From: Peribolospora baueri
Taxonomy: Eukaryota
Assembly: GCA_029717555.1 (NCBI GenBank)
Contig: JAMDHS010000061.1
Span: forward strand, 108,351-128,350
Direction: 5' to 3'
Length of the DNA: 20,000 bases
Positions within the stretch are counted from its first letter, which is position 1; each line of letters starts with the position of its first letter. Below, in pieces: positions 19,101 through 20,000 of this stretch. The notes beneath the pieces were generated by a model that saw only the letters and a list, made by a program, of their open reading frames with translations, was not told the DNA's origin and made no database searches. The position numbers and the translations under genes were made by a program.

Positions 19101-19477
19101 TTCTTCATGTGAGCGTTCGGACCAGCTTAGGTCAGCGTTACGTTGAGGCCGTCGCAAGCTGATCACTGCAGGACTTCTCGCCGCCCGCCTCGCTCAGGTA
19201 TGCCCTGGAGAAGCAAAGGGAGGTTGGGGGAGACGGATTATTCTTCTTCTCTGACCTGGCCCCAATTGCCGCCTCGTCCCCAAGCGTAGCGGCGCAGGCG
19301 TTCTACCATACCTTGGGTGCGCTAGGCTTTAACCGAACGGTTGGCCGACGATCTCTAAGCTCACACGGCACCGTCTTCTTCTCCCTCACTTGGGCAGCTC
19401 TCGCCACAGCCAGGAAGATTCGTGTTCAGCAAGAGGAGCCGTACAAGGAGATAATGATCAGCTTCAACGTCGTCTGA
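16152..19477 (+). CDS. rec8: Meiotic cohesin kleisin Rec8 (Rad21/Rec8 family). Approximate exons: 16152-16207, 16288-16371, 16458-16545, 16672-16796, 16889-16949, 17043-17566 (uncertain), 17647-17677, 17748/17754-18114, 18207-18308, 18389-18580, 18659-18719, 18813-18946, 19018-19108, 19198-19316, 19398-19477
   Basis: N-terminal kleisin domain: MFFSNDLLARSKGGLGIVWLAATIG..KLSKKEVLNCDLSKAC..PMALRLSSNLMWGIARIYSQQ. The linker contains MPWN and LERESYNFFMY. C-terminal winged helix: VAAQAFYHTLALATARKIRVQQEEPYKEIMI. The WLAAT-x-G, MPWN and AAQAFYH-x-L features favour Rec8 over Rad21. Confidence 0.88.
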
Positions 19478-19959
19478 AGTTGCCTAATTGTGGATAACGG
19501 TGCAGAGCATGCTGTTGATGTTGCCAATGTGATGCGCTTCTTTGTGCGCGCGGCGAATCGGCGTCGGCCTACAGGAAAGAGAGCGCGCGGTTTCGCCGGG
19601 ACGCGCTGTCAAGCGACCCCCGACAAAGTGAGAGCTCACTTATGTCCCGGACACTTACGTGAGGAAGATCATTTGGGTTGTTACATAGGGGGGCGCTCCC
19701 GGAGCGCCACTTATATACTCGCAAAGGGCTCGGCCCTCGGCGGACACAAGCGGAGATGACTGGACCAGTGGACAAGAATCCCACAAAAGTAGCATCACGT
19801 GATGTCACGTGGTGTATCTTTTTTATACGCGTAGGCTGCGTTTTGTACACGTCTCGTATACGTTCACCTGGATCACCGTGACATGATCATCGGCGTGCGA
19901 CGGGCAGTTTTCGTATCAAATCATCAGGTTTCGGTCGATCCAGACTCTGACGGCGACCA

Positions 19960-19998
19960 GGACGGAGCGTGGACGGAGCATGGACGGAGCGTGGACGG
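19960..19998. repeat. 11-bp tandem repeat GGACGGAGCRT x3.5
   Basis: GGACGGAGCGT GGACGGAGCAT GGACGGAGCGT GGACGG at the right edge of the window. Confidence 0.9.
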
Positions 19999-20000
19999 CC

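Noticed and set aside
663..19477. The five genes as a functional gene cluster
   Set aside because: Translation control, respiration, flavin oxidation, a membrane protein and meiotic cohesion share no evident pathway. This looks like an ordinary core chromosomal neighbourhood.
15726..19998. Short tandem repeats as CRISPR or telomere arrays
   Set aside because: There are no spacers, copy number is very low, the context is eukaryotic and gene-rich, and the units are not telomere-like.

Overview
This is eukaryotic, GC-rich, intron-dense fungal DNA. A basidiomycete source is inferred from the short GT-AG introns with CTRAY branch sites and from the protein styles. Five spliced protein-coding genes were assembled by hand: (1) a minus-strand 4E-T/Eap1-like eIF4E-binding protein (~1072 aa); (2) the minus-strand complex I 75/78-kDa Fe-S subunit (745 aa, 8 exons); (3) a minus-strand flavin-containing monooxygenase-like protein (553 aa, 11 exons); (4) a plus-strand signal-peptide/mucin-like/multi-TM DUF4203 (TM7S3/TMEM198-like) protein (~974 aa); and (5) a plus-strand meiotic kleisin Rec8 (~15 exons). 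I found no RNA genes, mobile elements or CRISPR arrays. The most unusual signals are in splicing. The monooxygenase needs a 2-nt microexon ('GA') and a GC-AG intron to stay in frame, and it also has a 9-nt microexon. The 4E-T-like gene could yield short isoforms carrying only the eIF4E-binding motif. Rec8 has weak splice sites, a phase conflict and an alternatively spliceable separase site. The complex I subunit has Trp where Gln is usual in the N5 cluster motif. All gene models are manual predictions without transcript evidence.
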